Source of the DNA: Octopus vulgaris
Taxonomy: Eukaryota
Direction: 5' to 3'
Assembly: GCA_951406725.2 (NCBI GenBank)
Contig: OX597821.1
Coordinates: 17,360,001 to 17,424,000 of the forward strand
Length of the DNA: 64,000 nt
A program made the position numbers and the translations under genes. The notes under the pieces were generated by a model that saw nothing but the letters and a program-made list of their open reading frames with translations, was not told the DNA's origin and searched no databases. This document shows, in pieces, positions 62,236-64,000 of this stretch. Every line of letters starts with the position of its first letter. The stretch's first letter is position 1.

Positions 62236-62502
62236 TTGTGTACATGCAAAAATATATATACATACATAGATATATCTATATTTAGAAGAATATTGTTAAC
62301 AGTGACTTCAAAGTTTTGGCGGGTTAAGCCATATTCCGACAGGCTGAAACTTCGGAGTCACTGTCAGCAACATTCTTGTATAAGAATAACATATTTGTAC
62401 TCCACAAAAGTACAGAGTAACCCATCAGATTAATGTAAAATTGTTTTCTATTATAACTGAACATAAAAATAACCAATAATATGCATCATAAATATATACA
62501 TT

Positions 62503-62503
<1 letters not shown>

Positions 62504-62570
<67 letters not shown>

Positions 62571-62701
62571 GACTGACAGAGACTGACAGAGACAGACAGA
62601 GACAGACAGACAGACAGAGACAGACAGGCATACAGACAGACAGAGACGGACAGAGACAGACAAACAGAGACTGACAGAGACAGACAGACAGACAGACAGA
62701 C

Positions 62702-62736
<35 letters not shown>

Positions 62737-62862
62737 TAGACTGACGGAGACTGACAGAGACCGACAGACAGACAGACAGAGACAGACAGAGACATACAGA
62801 CAGAGACTGACAGAGACAGACAGACACACAGACACACAGACAGATACACAGACAGACAGACA
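62504..62862. repeat. Compound GATA/GA/GACA microsatellite
   Basis: Direct reading. Confidence 0.9.
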
Positions 62863-62913
62863 TATGGATAGTACGTACTGCTCTCTCACTCAATAATAAT
62901 AATAATAATGATG

Positions 62914-62970
<57 letters not shown>

Positions 62971-63033
62971 TTTTTTTTAATTTCATAATTTCATAATTTT
63001 ATTGTCTCCCTCTCCCTCTCTCTCATTCTCTCA

Positions 63034-63069
<36 letters not shown>

Positions 63070-63795
63070 TCTTCTCGCTTCTTCATATTTTTTTACCTCC
63101 CTCCTTTTATCTCCCTTTCCTCTCGATCTCTACATCTCTTTCTCTCTCTCTTTCTCTCTTTCTTTCTCCCCCCCCCCCCCAGTTTCTCGATTTCCTTCTT
63201 TGTTGTCTTACCTCTACCCCTATCCCTATCCCTAACTCCTTTTTACATTTCCACAACATTTTGTGAAATATTAATATGTCGAAACGATTCTTTCTAAATT
63301 CAGACTTTATTCATTTCATAACGTGTCTGGTCGCATATTGACCCTGCACTGTTGTGCAACAACAACCGCATATTATTCGCTGGAAGGTGTGTGATGGCAT
63401 CTATTATTGATTAATGCCACATTGATCTGTGGTTTTTTGAAGAGATCCAGCAAATAGAATTGACCATTTTAGTTCACATGAAAGACTATTTTTATTCGTT
63501 TTCTTTCTTTTTTTATCCACTCTGCTGTCGTCGCTATTTTTGTTGTTGTTGAGGTGATTGCTAATGTTGTTGTTGTTGTTGATGACGATGATGATGATGA
63601 TGTTGATGTTATTGTTTCCATTGTTCTTGTTGTCAATGGAGCACAAGAGCAACAGAAAATTTATTGCTGCAAGCAGTTTGAGTGCATGTATTAACGATTC
63701 ACTGAGCTGCAGCGTTTTCTAGGATGGGTCAAATGGCAACTGTTGAAACAGTTCTCATGAAACAAAGCTTGTTCACTTGTTTTTATTACATCTTT

Positions 63796-63797
<2 letters not shown>

Positions 63798-63863
<66 letters not shown>

Positions 63864-63908
63864 TAATAATAATAATAATGATAATAATAATAATAATGAT
63901 GATAATAA

Positions 63909-63939
<31 letters not shown>

Positions 63940-63966
63940 AATAATGATAATAATAATAATATTAAC

Positions 63967-64000
<34 letters not shown>
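63798..64000. repeat. (TAA)n microsatellite
   Basis: Direct reading. Confidence 0.95.

Noticed and set aside
63404-63720. Asn-rich minus-strand ORF as a host exon
   Set aside because: Largely trinucleotide repeat, no recognisable domain, splice signals unconvincing

Overview
AT-rich, microsatellite-saturated animal DNA with no supported multi-exon host gene; most of the supplied ORFs are translations of simple repeats. The tRNA-headed SINE set suggests an octopus or other cephalopod (inference). The central feature (35.2-49.6 kb) is one (GATA)n tract interrupted by four same-orientation insertions of APE-endonuclease L1/Tx1-type non-LTR retrotransposons from two subfamilies: one ~6.1-kb full-length copy and three 5'-truncated copies. 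Every 3' end joins the repeat in the same TATC phase with no poly(A), which points to a (GATA)n-microsatellite-targeting retrotransposon. Its terminal ~45 nt are shared with a tRNA-derived SINE in the window (441-670; 15911-16040), a candidate Tx1 LINE-SINE pair. Separately, several small elements in or near (TA)n tracts carry type I hammerhead ribozyme motifs and direct or inverted repeats, resembling Penelope-like pLTR/retrozyme remnants. The window also holds three decayed mariners, a probable non-autonomous Helitron, RTE-type LINE fragments and about 20 SINE copies or fragments.
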